Shown here: positions 16,999 to 25,973 of the stretch, piece by piece
Position numbering within the stretch: position 1 is the first letter of the stretch
Layout of the letters: each line of letters starts with the position of its first letter
Source of the DNA: Acutalibacteraceae bacterium
Lineage (GTDB): Bacteria > Bacillota > Clostridia > Oscillospirales > Acutalibacteraceae
Length of the DNA: 32,724 nucleotides
Assembly (NCBI GenBank): GCA_045537155.1
Contig: JAZSOY010000222.1
Span: forward strand, 1 to 32,724
Direction: 5' to 3'
Position numbers and translations under genes: made by a program
The notes under the pieces: generated by a model
Seen by the model: only the letters and a program-made list of their open reading frames with translations
Told to the model about the DNA's origin: nothing
Databases searched by the model: none

Positions 16999-17971
16999 TT
17001 CTGCCACGTTTCCTTTCTTGTTTTGCTTTCTCATAGTTTTCGTATGCTTGAATGATGCGTTGCACCAACTGATGCCGCACCACGTCCTTTTGGTTAAACG
17101 TACATACCGCGACATCCTCCACGTCTTTGAGGATGCGCATCGCTTCACGTAGGCCGCTTTTTTTGCCGTCCGGCAGGTCGATTTGTGTGATGTCGCCGGT
17201 GACGACCATTTTGGAATTGAACCCCAACCGCGTCAAAAACATTTTCATCTGTTCCGGCGTCGTGTTTTGCGCCTCGTCGAGAATCACAAAGCAATCGTCC
17301 AACGTGCGGCCGCGCATATACGCCAATGGCGCTACCTCAATGTTGCCGCGTTCCAAATATTTTTGATACGTTTCGGTACCGAGCATATCAAACAAGGCGT
17401 CGTACAGTGGCCGTAAATACGGGTCCACTTTGGACTGCAAGTCGCCCGGCAAAAACCCGAGTTTTTCACCGGCTTCCACGGCCGGTCGGGTGAGAATGAT
17501 GCGGTTGACCTGCTTGGAGCGAAACGCCTCCACCGCCATGGCGACCGCCAAATACGTTTTACCTGTACCGGCAGGACCGATGCCCAACACCACGGTGTTG
17601 TTGCGAATGGCGTCTACATACGTTCTTTGTCCGAGCGTTTTCGGCTTGACCGGCCGGCCTTTGGAGGTGATACAAATACTATCACCCGACAATGTCGGCA
17701 ATTCTTGCTCAGCACCTTCGTTGACTAACATCAGCACATAACGCACGTTTTGCTCGGTCAGTTGCTCACCACGGCTGATGAGTTGCAACAACCCGTGGAT
17801 AGCCCGCGTGGCTTTCAACACATCTTCCGGTTCACCGCTAATTTTAATGTCGCTGTCGCGGCTGAGGATGTTCACCGTGTATTCCCGTTCAATCAAGCGG
17901 ATATTTTCATCAAAATTTCCAAAAAGAGCGACCGCCTGTTCCATACGGTCCACATTGATAAGTTGTTCCAC
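16991..17971 (-). CDS. phoH: PhoH-like ATPase
   Basis: The 326-aa product has an N-terminal KH-like region, Walker A (GPAGTGKTYLA), and ILDEAQN and VVTGDITQIDLP motifs. It starts at GTG, with GAGGAGG 7 nt upstream. Confidence 0.95.
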   Translation of the reverse strand: MEQLINVDRMEQAVALFGNFDENIRLIEREYTVNILSRDSDIKISGEPEDVLKATRAIHGLLQLISRGEQLTEQNVRYVLMLVNEGAEQELPTLSGDSICITSKGRPVKPKTLGQRTYVDAIRNNTVVLGIGPAGTGKTYLAVAMAVEAFRSKQVNRIILTRPAVEAGEKLGFLPGDLQSKVDPYLRPLYDALFDMLGTETYQKYLERGNIEVAPLAYMRGRTLDDCFVILDEAQNTTPEQMKMFLTRLGFNSKMVVTGDITQIDLPDGKKSGLREAMRILKDVEDVAVCTFNQKDVVRHQLVQRIIQAYENYEKAKQERKRGRNA

Positions 17972-17996
17972 GCAGTCACCTCCTCAGTTTTATGTT

Positions 17997-18025
17997 AGTA
18001 TACCATAAGAGAGCCAAACTCGCAA
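17997..18025 (-). promoter_or_regulatory. Sigma-A-type promoter for phoH (extended -10)
   Basis: The minus strand reads TTGCGA (18025-18020), a 17-nt spacer ending in TGG, then TATACT (18002-17997), 26 nt upstream of the phoH GTG. It lies inside the left arm of the inverted-repeat element. Confidence 0.45.
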
Positions 18026-18280
18026 TGGTTTTCACCACGCTTTTTTGCCCGAATTGCCTCAAATGTTTCCGCCATGCGTTAGCATGCCGAAAAAATTATT
18101 CGTTATTCGAACAAAAACGTGTTCGGTGAAAACTGCGTTGCACCTATGCGCAAAGATTTTGGAATGATTTTTTTGGCTTGTGACTGCCGATGGGCTAACG
18201 CCCATCCAGGGCAAAAGCCGAAAAAAGCACCGAAAAGATTGCGCATAGGCATTGTGGGGTTCGGTTCTCTTATGGTATAC
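17998..18280. repeat. ~283-bp nested inverted-repeat element in the yqfD-phoH spacer
   Basis: The outer arms GTATACCATAAGAGAGCCAAAC (17998-18019) and GTTCGGTTCTCTTATGGTATAC (18259-18280) are complementary at 20 of 22 positions. The inner arms are CCTATGCGCAA (18143-18153) and TTGCGCATAGG (18239-18249). A central 7-bp hairpin is formed by GATGGGC and GCCCATC (18189-18206). Confidence 0.6.
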
Positions 18281-18323
18281 CACAAAAAACACGGGATGTC
18301 ACTAGCAAAAACCACAAAAATTT

Positions 18324-19475
18324 CTACAGAATGGGGCTTTCCACGGCGAGTTCTTGTGTGCCGACACACCGTACGGTTACGGTTACGGCATCGGTCGTTT
18401 TGTGGAAATGGTGTTGCTTGTTTTCCAATGTGAACGAGGTGGATAACTTTTCCAACTGTTCGGCAATGCGTTGCTCTGCCAACGCGCGTGCTTGTTCCGC
18501 TGTGCGTATGACGGGGGTGTGTCCGGAATATGCCAACCGCGTGACCGAAATGCCGAGCGGCAAGGGAACATCTGCCGCCAGTAACGGACGGTAGGTTGTT
18601 GAAACCGTCGGCGTCCCTTCCAAAGCAGTGGATGCATACAGCGGTATACGCCAACCGAATACGTGTAATGCCGGTTGATAGACGGTGCGCTCGACCACCG
18701 TTACCGACTCTTTCAAAGGGACGGTCTGTGTCAAGGTGTGTGTGGTACGCGCCAGCACGTGGCCGGCGGCGTGTTTTAATTGTGGGCCGACGGTACTGTC
18801 CATAACACCGCTGATAAGCAATGTCCCACGCGTGACCGCGTCACCGGCCTTGACCATCGGTTGACCGGTGACGGTATCAATGTGTAAAATCACGCCGTCG
18901 CAGGCGGCAACCAGATTGGCAGGGGTGTTTGCCGAAAGCGGCGTCGTCGGTGTGCGCTCCTGCACCTCGACGGTGGCAATACTGCCGGTCTGGTTCACGG
19001 TTAACCAAATCAAGTCGGGTAGTTGTTGCAGAGCACTCAACCGCAGTTCGGGTAAATTCACGTGTCGCAAATCGGCTCCTTCGAACACCCCCAAAGGTTT
19101 CAGGGAATCCAATATCGCGTCGTCGGATACGGTGGTGTTACCGTGAACACGCAACACCCACACGCGCGAAGACAGTAAGGACAACACCACGAAAAATAAC
19201 ACCGCCCCGCACAACAGCCCGGCACGCAGACCCAAACGGCGAAAGCGGAACAGGAGACCTTGCTTTTTACGCACGCGCATACGGATGTGGGCGCGGCGCG
19301 CTACCGGGCGCAGACGCAGATAATCAGCGGCGGCGGCTCGACACCACAAGGAGGCTTCGCAGTGACGAATATCCCACAACGGGATATCGGCTTCCGCCGC
19401 CGCGTTGAGAAATCGTTCGGGATAACCACCTTGACATTCCAGATATACGGAGTACAGCGCGGCAGAGAGTACCAT
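18324..19475 (-). CDS. yqfD: Sporulation protein YqfD
   Basis: The 383-aa product runs from ATG 19475, with AGGAGG 6 nt upstream. It has the YqfD pattern: an N-terminal soluble part, a single TM (LLCGAVLFFVVLSLL), then RVWVLRVHGNTTVSDDAILDSL...ATVEVQER. The longer ORF-track start (19688) overlaps yqfC. Confidence 0.88.
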   Translation of the reverse strand: MVLSAALYSVYLECQGGYPERFLNAAAEADIPLWDIRHCEASLWCRAAAADYLRLRPVARRAHIRMRVRKKQGLLFRFRRLGLRAGLLCGAVLFFVVLSLLSSRVWVLRVHGNTTVSDDAILDSLKPLGVFEGADLRHVNLPELRLSALQQLPDLIWLTVNQTGSIATVEVQERTPTTPLSANTPANLVAACDGVILHIDTVTGQPMVKAGDAVTRGTLLISGVMDSTVGPQLKHAAGHVLARTTHTLTQTVPLKESVTVVERTVYQPALHVFGWRIPLYASTALEGTPTVSTTYRPLLAADVPLPLGISVTRLAYSGHTPVIRTAEQARALAEQRIAEQLEKLSTSFTLENKQHHFHKTTDAVTVTVRCVGTQELAVESPIL

Positions 19476-19485
19476 ACGACACCTC

Positions 19486-19767
19486 CTATAAAAATTCGAT
19501 GGAGGACAAACGACCGGTAATGAGCGCCCCCTCGGGCGAACGGCAGTGCATACACAAGTCGCAACCGGTAAAACGCACCGTGCCGACCGCCGTGCGTAGG
19601 CGAATGCAGTTTTCGTCGTATTCCAAGATGCTTTGACATTCCTCGACCAATACACGGCGGTTGCCGCACAATTCGATACGCGGCGCATCGGTTAACACGC
19701 CGGTCGGTAGGTCTAATGCGTGCTCAACACGTTCCGACAGTCGCGTGTGCGGTTTGCATGATTTCAC
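19486..19767 (-). CDS. yqfC: Sporulation protein YqfC
   Basis: The product has the YqfC pattern (LDLP..VL.D.PRIEL.GN..V.VE....ILEYD.N.IRL.T..G.V...G..L). I prefer GTG 19767, with AAGGAGG 8 nt upstream, which gives 93 aa. The ORF track starts at ATG 19803. Confidence 0.85.
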   Translation of the reverse strand: MKSCKPHTRLSERVEHALDLPTGVLTDAPRIELCGNRRVLVEECQSILEYDENCIRLRTAVGTVRFTGCDLCMHCRSPEGALITGRLSSIEFL

Positions 19768-19877
19768 ACTAACACCCTCCTTGGTATTCTGCGTACGATT
19801 CATTGTATACTATGACCGCATAGCCGGAATAATGCGGCGGTCATTGTCCATACATTGGGTATATGGGGGGCGATGGG

Positions 19878-20975
19878 ATGAACAAGCGACGGAGAGCACT
19901 ACTCGTATCCGCGGTGATGGTGTTCTGTGCCGGTGCGGCACTGTTATGGCGGCCGCAGGCGGTGGCAAGTGGTGTCAGTCGGGGATTATCGGTATGCGCG
20001 ACGGTGTTGATTCCGGCCATTTTTCCGTTCTTGGTGTTAAACGGATTTATTCTCCGTTCCGGTTTGGCGGCGGCCATAGGACGTCGTTGCGAGGGTGTTA
20101 CACGACGGTTATTCGGATTGCCTGGCTGTTGTGCCGCCGGAATACTTATCAGTGCCATCGGCGGGTATCCGTCGGGTGGGACAGCGGTGGGAGAACTGGT
20201 ACGTAGCGGTCAAATTACGCCGTCCGAGGGACGGCGGATGTTGCGGTTTTGTGTGAACGGCGGTCCGGGGTTTATTATCAGTGCGGTCGGTGTCGGTATG
20301 ATGAACCGTGTGGAATTCGGGGTCGTGTTGTTTGCAGCACATCTGGTGGCGGCTTTTCTGTTGGGTGTGTTCAGCGCGCCACGCGGCACACGCCGTAAAC
20401 ATTCTACGGCACGGACCATATCGACACCGCACTTGCCGCCGGCGGCAGCATTGGTGGAATCGGTAACCACAGCGAGTGAAACATTATTGCACATTGTTGG
20501 ATTTGTGGTGCTGTTTGCGGCGTTGCAAGCGTTGGTGGATGCATCCGGTGTGGTGGAGATGTTGTGTGCAACGCCGTACGGTGCGCGGCGCTTATCGGCG
20601 CTGATTGCTTGTATTCTGGAAGTCAATGGGGGCTGTGTTGCAGCCGCATCCTTGCGCGAGCACGCCGCCTTTGTTTTGGGATTTGCCGTGGGATTTGGCG
20701 GATTATCCGTGCATTGCCAAATTGCAACCTCGTTGCGCGGTTTGGCTGTGATGGACGGTAGTTTCTTTTTGGCACGGTTAACGCAAGGGTTTCTCACCGC
20801 GTTGTTGACGCAGGTGTTATTGCGATGGATTCCTATCTCTCAACCGGTTTTCGGTGCGTTGGGACAGCCTATCGTGCAGGCGTCCTATGGTTCCATGGCG
20901 TTATCGGTCGCCTTGTTGGTATTTGGTGGTATTTGGATGCTGTGTGTGGGGCAATGCCTTGACAAAGCCGCCTAG
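19878..20975 (+). CDS. ylbJ: Nucleoside-recognition-domain membrane protein, YlbJ-like sporulation integral membrane protein
   Basis: This polytopic membrane protein has GLSVCATVLIPAIFPFLVLNGF and ISAIGGYPSGG motifs, typical of YlbJ. It is divergent from yqfCD. The start may be ATG 19878 or 19863. Confidence 0.75.
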   Translation: MNKRRRALLVSAVMVFCAGAALLWRPQAVASGVSRGLSVCATVLIPAIFPFLVLNGFILRSGLAAAIGRRCEGVTRRLFGLPGCCAAGILISAIGGYPSGGTAVGELVRSGQITPSEGRRMLRFCVNGGPGFIISAVGVGMMNRVEFGVVLFAAHLVAAFLLGVFSAPRGTRRKHSTARTISTPHLPPAAALVESVTTASETLLHIVGFVVLFAALQALVDASGVVEMLCATPYGARRLSALIACILEVNGGCVAAASLREHAAFVLGFAVGFGGLSVHCQIATSLRGLAVMDGSFFLARLTQGFLTALLTQVLLRWIPISQPVFGALGQPIVQASYGSMALSVALLVFGGIWMLCVGQCLDKAA

Positions 20976-21025
20976 ACACCGTATAATATTTTTGAAATTT
21001 GTTTTCAAAAAGGAGATAGGCAACT

Positions 21026-21622
21026 ATGGACCAACGGGCGTTGCCGACGGTAGGCGATACCGTCGCCATCTTTCACACCAATCACGGCGATATCGCGGTG
21101 CGGTTGTTCCCCGAACAAGCACCGAAAACCGTCGAAAATTTTACCACACACGCCAAAAACGGCTATTATAACGGCTTGATTTTTCATCGCGTGATTAACG
21201 ATTTTATGATTCAGGGCGGCGACCCCACCGGTACAGGCTGCGGCGGTGAAAGCATCTGGGGGAGACCGTTCGGCGATGAGTTTTCTCCGGAATTGCACAA
21301 TCTGCGCGGGGCGTTGTCCATGGCGAACGCCGGTCCCGGCACCAACGGCAGCCAATTCTTTATTGTGCAGGCCAAGCAGGTGCCGCCGTCGTTGCTCGGA
21401 CAGATGGCATCGTTGCGGGACTATTTCCCCGAAGACGCTGAACAAGCCTATCGCGAAGTGGGCGGTACGCCGCACTTGGATTATCATCACACCGTGTTCG
21501 GGCAGGTATATGAGGGCATGGATGTGGTGGATGCGATTGCCGCGGTTCCCACCGGTGCACAGGACCGTCCGTGTGAGGATGTTGTGATTGAAACTTTGGA
21601 AATTAAGGAGATAGACGTATGA
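21026..21622 (+). CDS. ppiB: Cyclophilin-type peptidyl-prolyl cis-trans isomerase (cytoplasmic)
   Basis: The product shows [28 protein letters not shown]......[19 protein letters not shown]. Confidence 0.95.
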   Translation: MDQRALPTVGDTVAIFHTNHGDIAVRLFPEQAPKTVENFTTHAKNGYYNGLIFHRVINDFMIQGGDPTGTGCGGESIWGRPFGDEFSPELHNLRGALSMANAGPGTNGSQFFIVQAKQVPPSLLGQMASLRDYFPEDAEQAYREVGGTPHLDYHHTVFGQVYEGMDVVDAIAAVPTGAQDRPCEDVVIETLEIKEIDV

Positions 21623-22530
21623 AGATTCGCAAACTAATCGCCGGTGCGCTGGCACTGGTCTTGTGCGTCGGTTTGACGGCGTGCAAGGGACAAAACACGA
21701 CCACCAGCAGCGACAAGGATGATGAAACGACGACAACCACCACAGCCCCCGGCGAACGCGACGAAATGGGCGGTACGGTATATGCCGATAAGCAGTCCGG
21801 TTTTCAAACGGAGTTGCCGGAAGAGGGAGAAGAAATCGCCATTTTACACACGTCCATGGGCGATATTTATGTACGCTTGTTCCCCGAGGCGGCGCCGAAA
21901 GCCGTAAAAAACTTTGTCACGTTGGCAAAAAACAACTACTATGACGGGTTGATTTTCCATCGTGTGATTGAAAACTTTATGATTCAGGGCGGCGACCCTA
22001 AAGGCAACGGTACCGGTGGCGAAAGTTGTTACGGGGCTCCGTTTGAGGATGAATTTGACAGCCGATTGCACAATTTATACGGTGCGTTGGCGATGGCGAA
22101 CAACGGCACAGATACCAATGGTAGCCAGTTTTTCATCAATCAAAAAGATGCGGATGCGTTTGGTACGCGCGAGACGTATACACCCGAATTCCAAGAGGGA
22201 TATGCGAAAGAACTGTACGAGGGCTATTTGACCAATTATACCAAAGAGGAGTTGGCTACGTACGGCATCAACGGTTGGGAAGACTTTGTTAACGAAACGT
22301 ATGTGTACGATTGGATTCCCGAAGAGACCTGGGACGCCTATTTGAAACACGGAGGCAATCTGCATTTGGATGGCGCGTTCCGCCGTTCCGGCGGTCATAC
22401 CGTGTTTGGACAAGTGTTTCTTGGTATGAATGTGGTTGAGTCGATTGCGGCGGTGGAGGTAGACGAGAGCGACAAACCCAAAACCGCTGTGGTCATTAAC
22501 GACGTGGAAATTACCGTCTACAAAAAATAA
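21619..22530 (+). CDS. Cyclophilin-type PPIase lipoprotein with an internal insertion
   Basis: A lipobox signal ([22 protein letters not shown]) and a Thr-rich linker precede the cyclophilin core ([24 protein letters not shown]...[14 protein letters not shown]). A ~60-aa insert comes before the final HTVFGQV segment. The ATG overlaps the ppiB stop (ATGA). Confidence 0.9.
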   Translation: MKIRKLIAGALALVLCVGLTACKGQNTTTSSDKDDETTTTTTAPGERDEMGGTVYADKQSGFQTELPEEGEEIAILHTSMGDIYVRLFPEAAPKAVKNFVTLAKNNYYDGLIFHRVIENFMIQGGDPKGNGTGGESCYGAPFEDEFDSRLHNLYGALAMANNGTDTNGSQFFINQKDADAFGTRETYTPEFQEGYAKELYEGYLTNYTKEELATYGINGWEDFVNETYVYDWIPEETWDAYLKHGGNLHLDGAFRRSGGHTVFGQVFLGMNVVESIAAVEVDESDKPKTAVVINDVEITVYKK

Positions 22531-22537
22531 TAACAAC

Positions 22538-22570
22538 AAAAAACGCGCGATGGCACCATCGCGCGTTTTG
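22538..22570. terminator. Bidirectional intrinsic terminator
   Basis: The GC-rich stem pairs AAAACGCGCGATG with CATCGCGCGTTTT. It has an A-run upstream and a T-run downstream, and lies between the convergent PPIase and trxB genes. Confidence 0.8.
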
Positions 22571-22584
22571 TTATGCTGATGTTA

Positions 22585-23496
22585 TCATTCGTCCAGATAC
22601 CGACACGCCGCCATGGCAGCAACCGCGCCGTCGGCGGAGGCAGTTACCACTTGTCGAATCGTTTTACAGCGGCAGTCACCGGCAACAAAGACGCCGGCAG
22701 TCGCCGTAAGGCAATCTTCCGCTGAGGCGAAATATCCACGCTCATCGGTGTGTGCCAGTGCGGCAAACGCCTCGTTTTCCGGCACCAATCCGACGGCTAA
22801 AAACGCACCGTCCACGGGAATGATGCGTTCCTCACCGGTTTGGTCGCTTCGCACGCGCAAGCCGGTCAGCGCGCCGTCGGCCGTTTCGTAACCGGTCACC
22901 AGCGTGCTGAACAATACTTCCACATTGTCTTTTGCCAACAACGCTTCGGCAAGTTTGGCTTCGCCGGTAAACGTGGGCAGGTTTTGTACCACGGTTACCT
23001 TACGGCACACCTCAGACAACAGCAAGGCTTCTTGCAACGCCGAGTTGCCGCCGCCAATCATTGCCACGTCGCGGTCGGCATAAAACGCACCGTCGCACAC
23101 GGCACAGAATGACAAGCCATTACCGATGAGTTCGGTTTCGCCTTCCAACCCCAACATACGATGCTTCACGCCGACCGCCAGCACGACGGTCAACCCTTCA
23201 AACACGGTGCCGCCCTCGGTATGTATACAAAAGCCGTCGGCGGTTTTTTCCACGCCGGTCACGGTTTCCAGTTCCATCTCTGCGCCCAACGCCAACGCTT
23301 GTTCCACCAGTGCATCCGCAAATTCCGTACCGCTGATGCTTTGCGTGCCGGGGATATTCTCCACTTTGGGCGAATAGGCAATTTGTCCACCGAATCCGTT
23401 TTTCTCGATGACCAACACGGTTTTGCCGGCGCGCAGCGCGTATACGGCGGCGGTTAGACCGGCCGGGCCACCGCCGACAATCACGATGTCATACAC
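22585..23496 (-). CDS. trxB: Thioredoxin-disulfide reductase family flavoprotein
   Basis: The 303-aa product has the FAD motif IVGGGPAGLTAA, a redox-active CAVC, the NAD(P)H motif GGGNSALQEA and a C-terminal GVFVAGD. It starts at GTG, with AGGAGG 8 nt upstream. It lies immediately downstream of nrdD. Confidence 0.88.
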   Translation of the reverse strand: MYDIVIVGGGPAGLTAAVYALRAGKTVLVIEKNGFGGQIAYSPKVENIPGTQSISGTEFADALVEQALALGAEMELETVTGVEKTADGFCIHTEGGTVFEGLTVVLAVGVKHRMLGLEGETELIGNGLSFCAVCDGAFYADRDVAMIGGGNSALQEALLLSEVCRKVTVVQNLPTFTGEAKLAEALLAKDNVEVLFSTLVTGYETADGALTGLRVRSDQTGEERIIPVDGAFLAVGLVPENEAFAALAHTDERGYFASAEDCLTATAGVFVAGDCRCKTIRQVVTASADGAVAAMAACRYLDE

Positions 23497-23523
23497 AATG
23501 AACTCCTCCTATGATTCGATTGA

Positions 23524-23553
23524 ACAAGTGCCGGGCAAACGCCCGGCACTTGT
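23524..23553 (-). other. 12-bp GC-rich hairpin between nrdD and trxB (no clear U-tract)
   Basis: ACAAGTGCCGGG (23524-23535) pairs with CCCGGCACTTGT (23542-23553). On the minus strand it is followed by TCAATCG, not a T-run. It may be a partial terminator or an mRNA-stability or processing element. Confidence 0.4.
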
Positions 23554-23568
23554 GGTTAATAGCATACG

Positions 23569-25956
23569 TTACAGCGATGCGAGATACTTTTTAATTTCGG
23601 GAACGCTGTAATAGGTGGTATAGTTGTCACCGTCGGTAATCACCAAAGTCGGAGCACCTTTGATGCCGTATTCACGGCACATATCCAGGTTTTCTTCGGC
23701 AATCCGTTTCTCATACGCCACACCGGCTTTCGCGAGCAGGCTTTCCGCTACGCGGCAGTTGGGGCAGGTCACACGGGAAATCAGAATCGCTTTGGTGTCC
23801 GCTGTGGCGACGGGCGTTGCGGGAGCCCCCTCGCACGCACACGCTGCGACCGGTTCTTCCTGCACAGCGGATTTCGCACGCGGTACCGAACGACTGATGT
23901 CATACACCTTGCGGTCTTTGTACTCCTGCGTTTTACCGTCGTTCCAGTTCTGCACCGGACGGTAGTATCCGGTAATACGGCTATACACTTCCGTGTTGCT
24001 GTTGCAGTGCGGGCAGGTGTACTGCTCGCCGGTCAAATAACCGTGGTTGGCACACACCGAATAGGTCGGGGACATCGTGTAGTACGGCAACTTGTGGTTT
24101 TCTGCAATCTTGCGAACCAATGCCGCCGCCGCTTTCCAATCCGGCAGTTTTTCACCTAAGAAAGCGTGGAACACCGTGCCGGAGGTGTAGCGTGTTTGCA
24201 AATCGTCTTGGATTTCCAAAGCCGAGAAGATATCCTCCGTGAAACCAACCGGCAGATGCGACGAGTTGGTGTAGTAGGGCGTGCCGTTCTCGTTGGCGGT
24301 GATGATGTCGGGGAACTGCTTTTTATCGTGTTTCGCAAAACGATACGTGGTGGATTCTGCCGGCGTGGCTTCCAAGTTGTACAGGTCGCCGTAGGCTTCC
24401 TGATAATCGCTCAAGCGCTCGCGCATATGGTCCAGAACCTCTTTGGCAAAGACCTGTACACGCTCATCCGTCAAGTCCGCACGCAACCATTTGGCGTTCA
24501 AACCGACTTCGTTCATACCAATCAAACCAATGGTGGAGAAGTGGTTGGCAAACGTACCCAAATAACGCTTGGTGTAGGGATACAAACCGTTCTCCATTAA
24601 CTGGGTGATAACGGTACGCTTGGTTTTCAAACTCCGTGCGGCAATGTCCATCAATTTATCCAAGCGCGCATAGAAATCGGCTTCGTTTTCTGCCAGATAC
24701 GCGATGCGCGGCAGGTTGATAGTGACAACACCGATGGAACCGGTGGACTCACCGGAACCGAAGAAGCCTCCCGACTTTTTACGCAACTCGCGGAGGTCCA
24801 AACGCAAGCGGCAGCACATACTGCGCACGTCGGAGGGCTCCATATCCGAGTTGATATAGTTGGAGAAATACGGTGTGCCGTATTTCGCGGTCATTTCAAA
24901 CAACAGTTTGTTGTTCTCGGTTTCGCTCCAGTCAAAATCACGCGTAATGGAATAGGTCGGGATAGGATACTGGAATCCACGGCCGTTGGCGTCGCCCTCA
25001 ATCATAATTTCGATGAACGCCTTATTGACCATATCCATTTCTTTTTTGCAATCGCCGTAGGTGAAATCCATTTCCTTGCCCCCGACGATGGCGGGCAAAT
25101 CTTTCAGGTCGGCCGGCACTGTCCAGTCCAACGTGATGTTGGAGAACGGCGCTTGCGTACCCCAACGCGAGGGGGTGTTGACGCCGTAAATGAACGACTG
25201 CACACATTGTTTGACTTCTTTTTGTGTCAGGTTGTCCACCTTAACAAACGGAGCCAAATAGGTGTCAAACGAGGAGAACGCCTGCGCGCCGGCCCACTCG
25301 TTTTGCATAATACCGAGGAAGTTCACCATCTGGTTGCATAACGTCGACAGATGGCTCGGGGGAGACGAAGTGATTTTGCCCGGAACTCCGCCCAATCCCT
25401 CTTGGATGAGCTGCTTCAAGCTCCAACCGGCACAGTAACCCGTCAGCATCGACAAGTCGTGCAGATGCAACGCCGCACTGCGATGTGCCTCGGCAATCTC
25501 CTCGTCGTAAATTTCACTCAGCCAATAGTTGGCGGTAATCGCACCGGAGTTGGACAAAATCAAACCACCAACGGAATACGTCACAGTGGAATTTTCCTTC
25601 ACGCGCCAGTCGTTGATTTGCAAATAGTTATCGACTAATTCTTTATAATTCAACAGGGCAGAGTTGACATTGCGAATCTTCTCGCGCTGTTTACGATACA
25701 AAATATAGGCTTTCGCCACGTCAGCATAACCGGCGTCGGACAACACCTGCTCCACGCAGTCCTGAATGTCCTCAACGGCAATCACGCCGTCTTTGATTTT
25801 CGATTCAAATGCCGCCGTTACCTGCAGTGCTAACAGATTGATAACACTGGGGTGGTAGTTTTTGTTTTGTGCCTCAAACGCTTTTATCATAGCCGCGCTG
25901 ATTTTAGAAATTTCAAAATCCACGGTTGTACCGTCGCGTTTTAGAACCTGATACAT
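23569..25956 (-). CDS. nrdD: Anaerobic ribonucleoside-triphosphate reductase (class III) with N-terminal ATP-cone and C-terminal CxxC redoxin domain
   Basis: The 795-aa product runs from ATG 25956 (MYQVLKRDGTTVDFEISKI, an ATP-cone). It has a Zn-ribbon (C...CPHC) and the glycyl-radical motif RITGYYRPV. About 110 extra residues end in a thioredoxin-fold domain with CPNC. The ORF-track N-terminal extension to 26265 is rejected. Confidence 0.96.
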   Translation of the reverse strand: MYQVLKRDGTTVDFEISKISAAMIKAFEAQNKNYHPSVINLLALQVTAAFESKIKDGVIAVEDIQDCVEQVLSDAGYADVAKAYILYRKQREKIRNVNSALLNYKELVDNYLQINDWRVKENSTVTYSVGGLILSNSGAITANYWLSEIYDEEIAEAHRSAALHLHDLSMLTGYCAGWSLKQLIQEGLGGVPGKITSSPPSHLSTLCNQMVNFLGIMQNEWAGAQAFSSFDTYLAPFVKVDNLTQKEVKQCVQSFIYGVNTPSRWGTQAPFSNITLDWTVPADLKDLPAIVGGKEMDFTYGDCKKEMDMVNKAFIEIMIEGDANGRGFQYPIPTYSITRDFDWSETENNKLLFEMTAKYGTPYFSNYINSDMEPSDVRSMCCRLRLDLRELRKKSGGFFGSGESTGSIGVVTINLPRIAYLAENEADFYARLDKLMDIAARSLKTKRTVITQLMENGLYPYTKRYLGTFANHFSTIGLIGMNEVGLNAKWLRADLTDERVQVFAKEVLDHMRERLSDYQEAYGDLYNLEATPAESTTYRFAKHDKKQFPDIITANENGTPYYTNSSHLPVGFTEDIFSALEIQDDLQTRYTSGTVFHAFLGEKLPDWKAAAALVRKIAENHKLPYYTMSPTYSVCANHGYLTGEQYTCPHCNSNTEVYSRITGYYRPVQNWNDGKTQEYKDRKVYDISRSVPRAKSAVQEEPVAACACEGAPATPVATADTKAILISRVTCPNCRVAESLLAKAGVAYEKRIAEENLDMCREYGIKGAPTLVITDGDNYTTYYSVPEIKKYLASL

Positions 25957-25973
25957 CTCAACATCCCCTTCAC

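Noticed and set aside
18059-18654. ORFs of 77-183 aa crossing the yqfD-phoH spacer and the yqfD 3' end.
   Set aside because: They run across the inverted-repeat element or out of frame within yqfD. They have no SD and implausible composition (Arg/His/Cys-rich). The spacer is better explained as non-coding.
21005-21736. A 243-aa minus-strand ORF.
   Set aside because: It is antisense to the cyclophilin gene ppiB, whose identity is certain.
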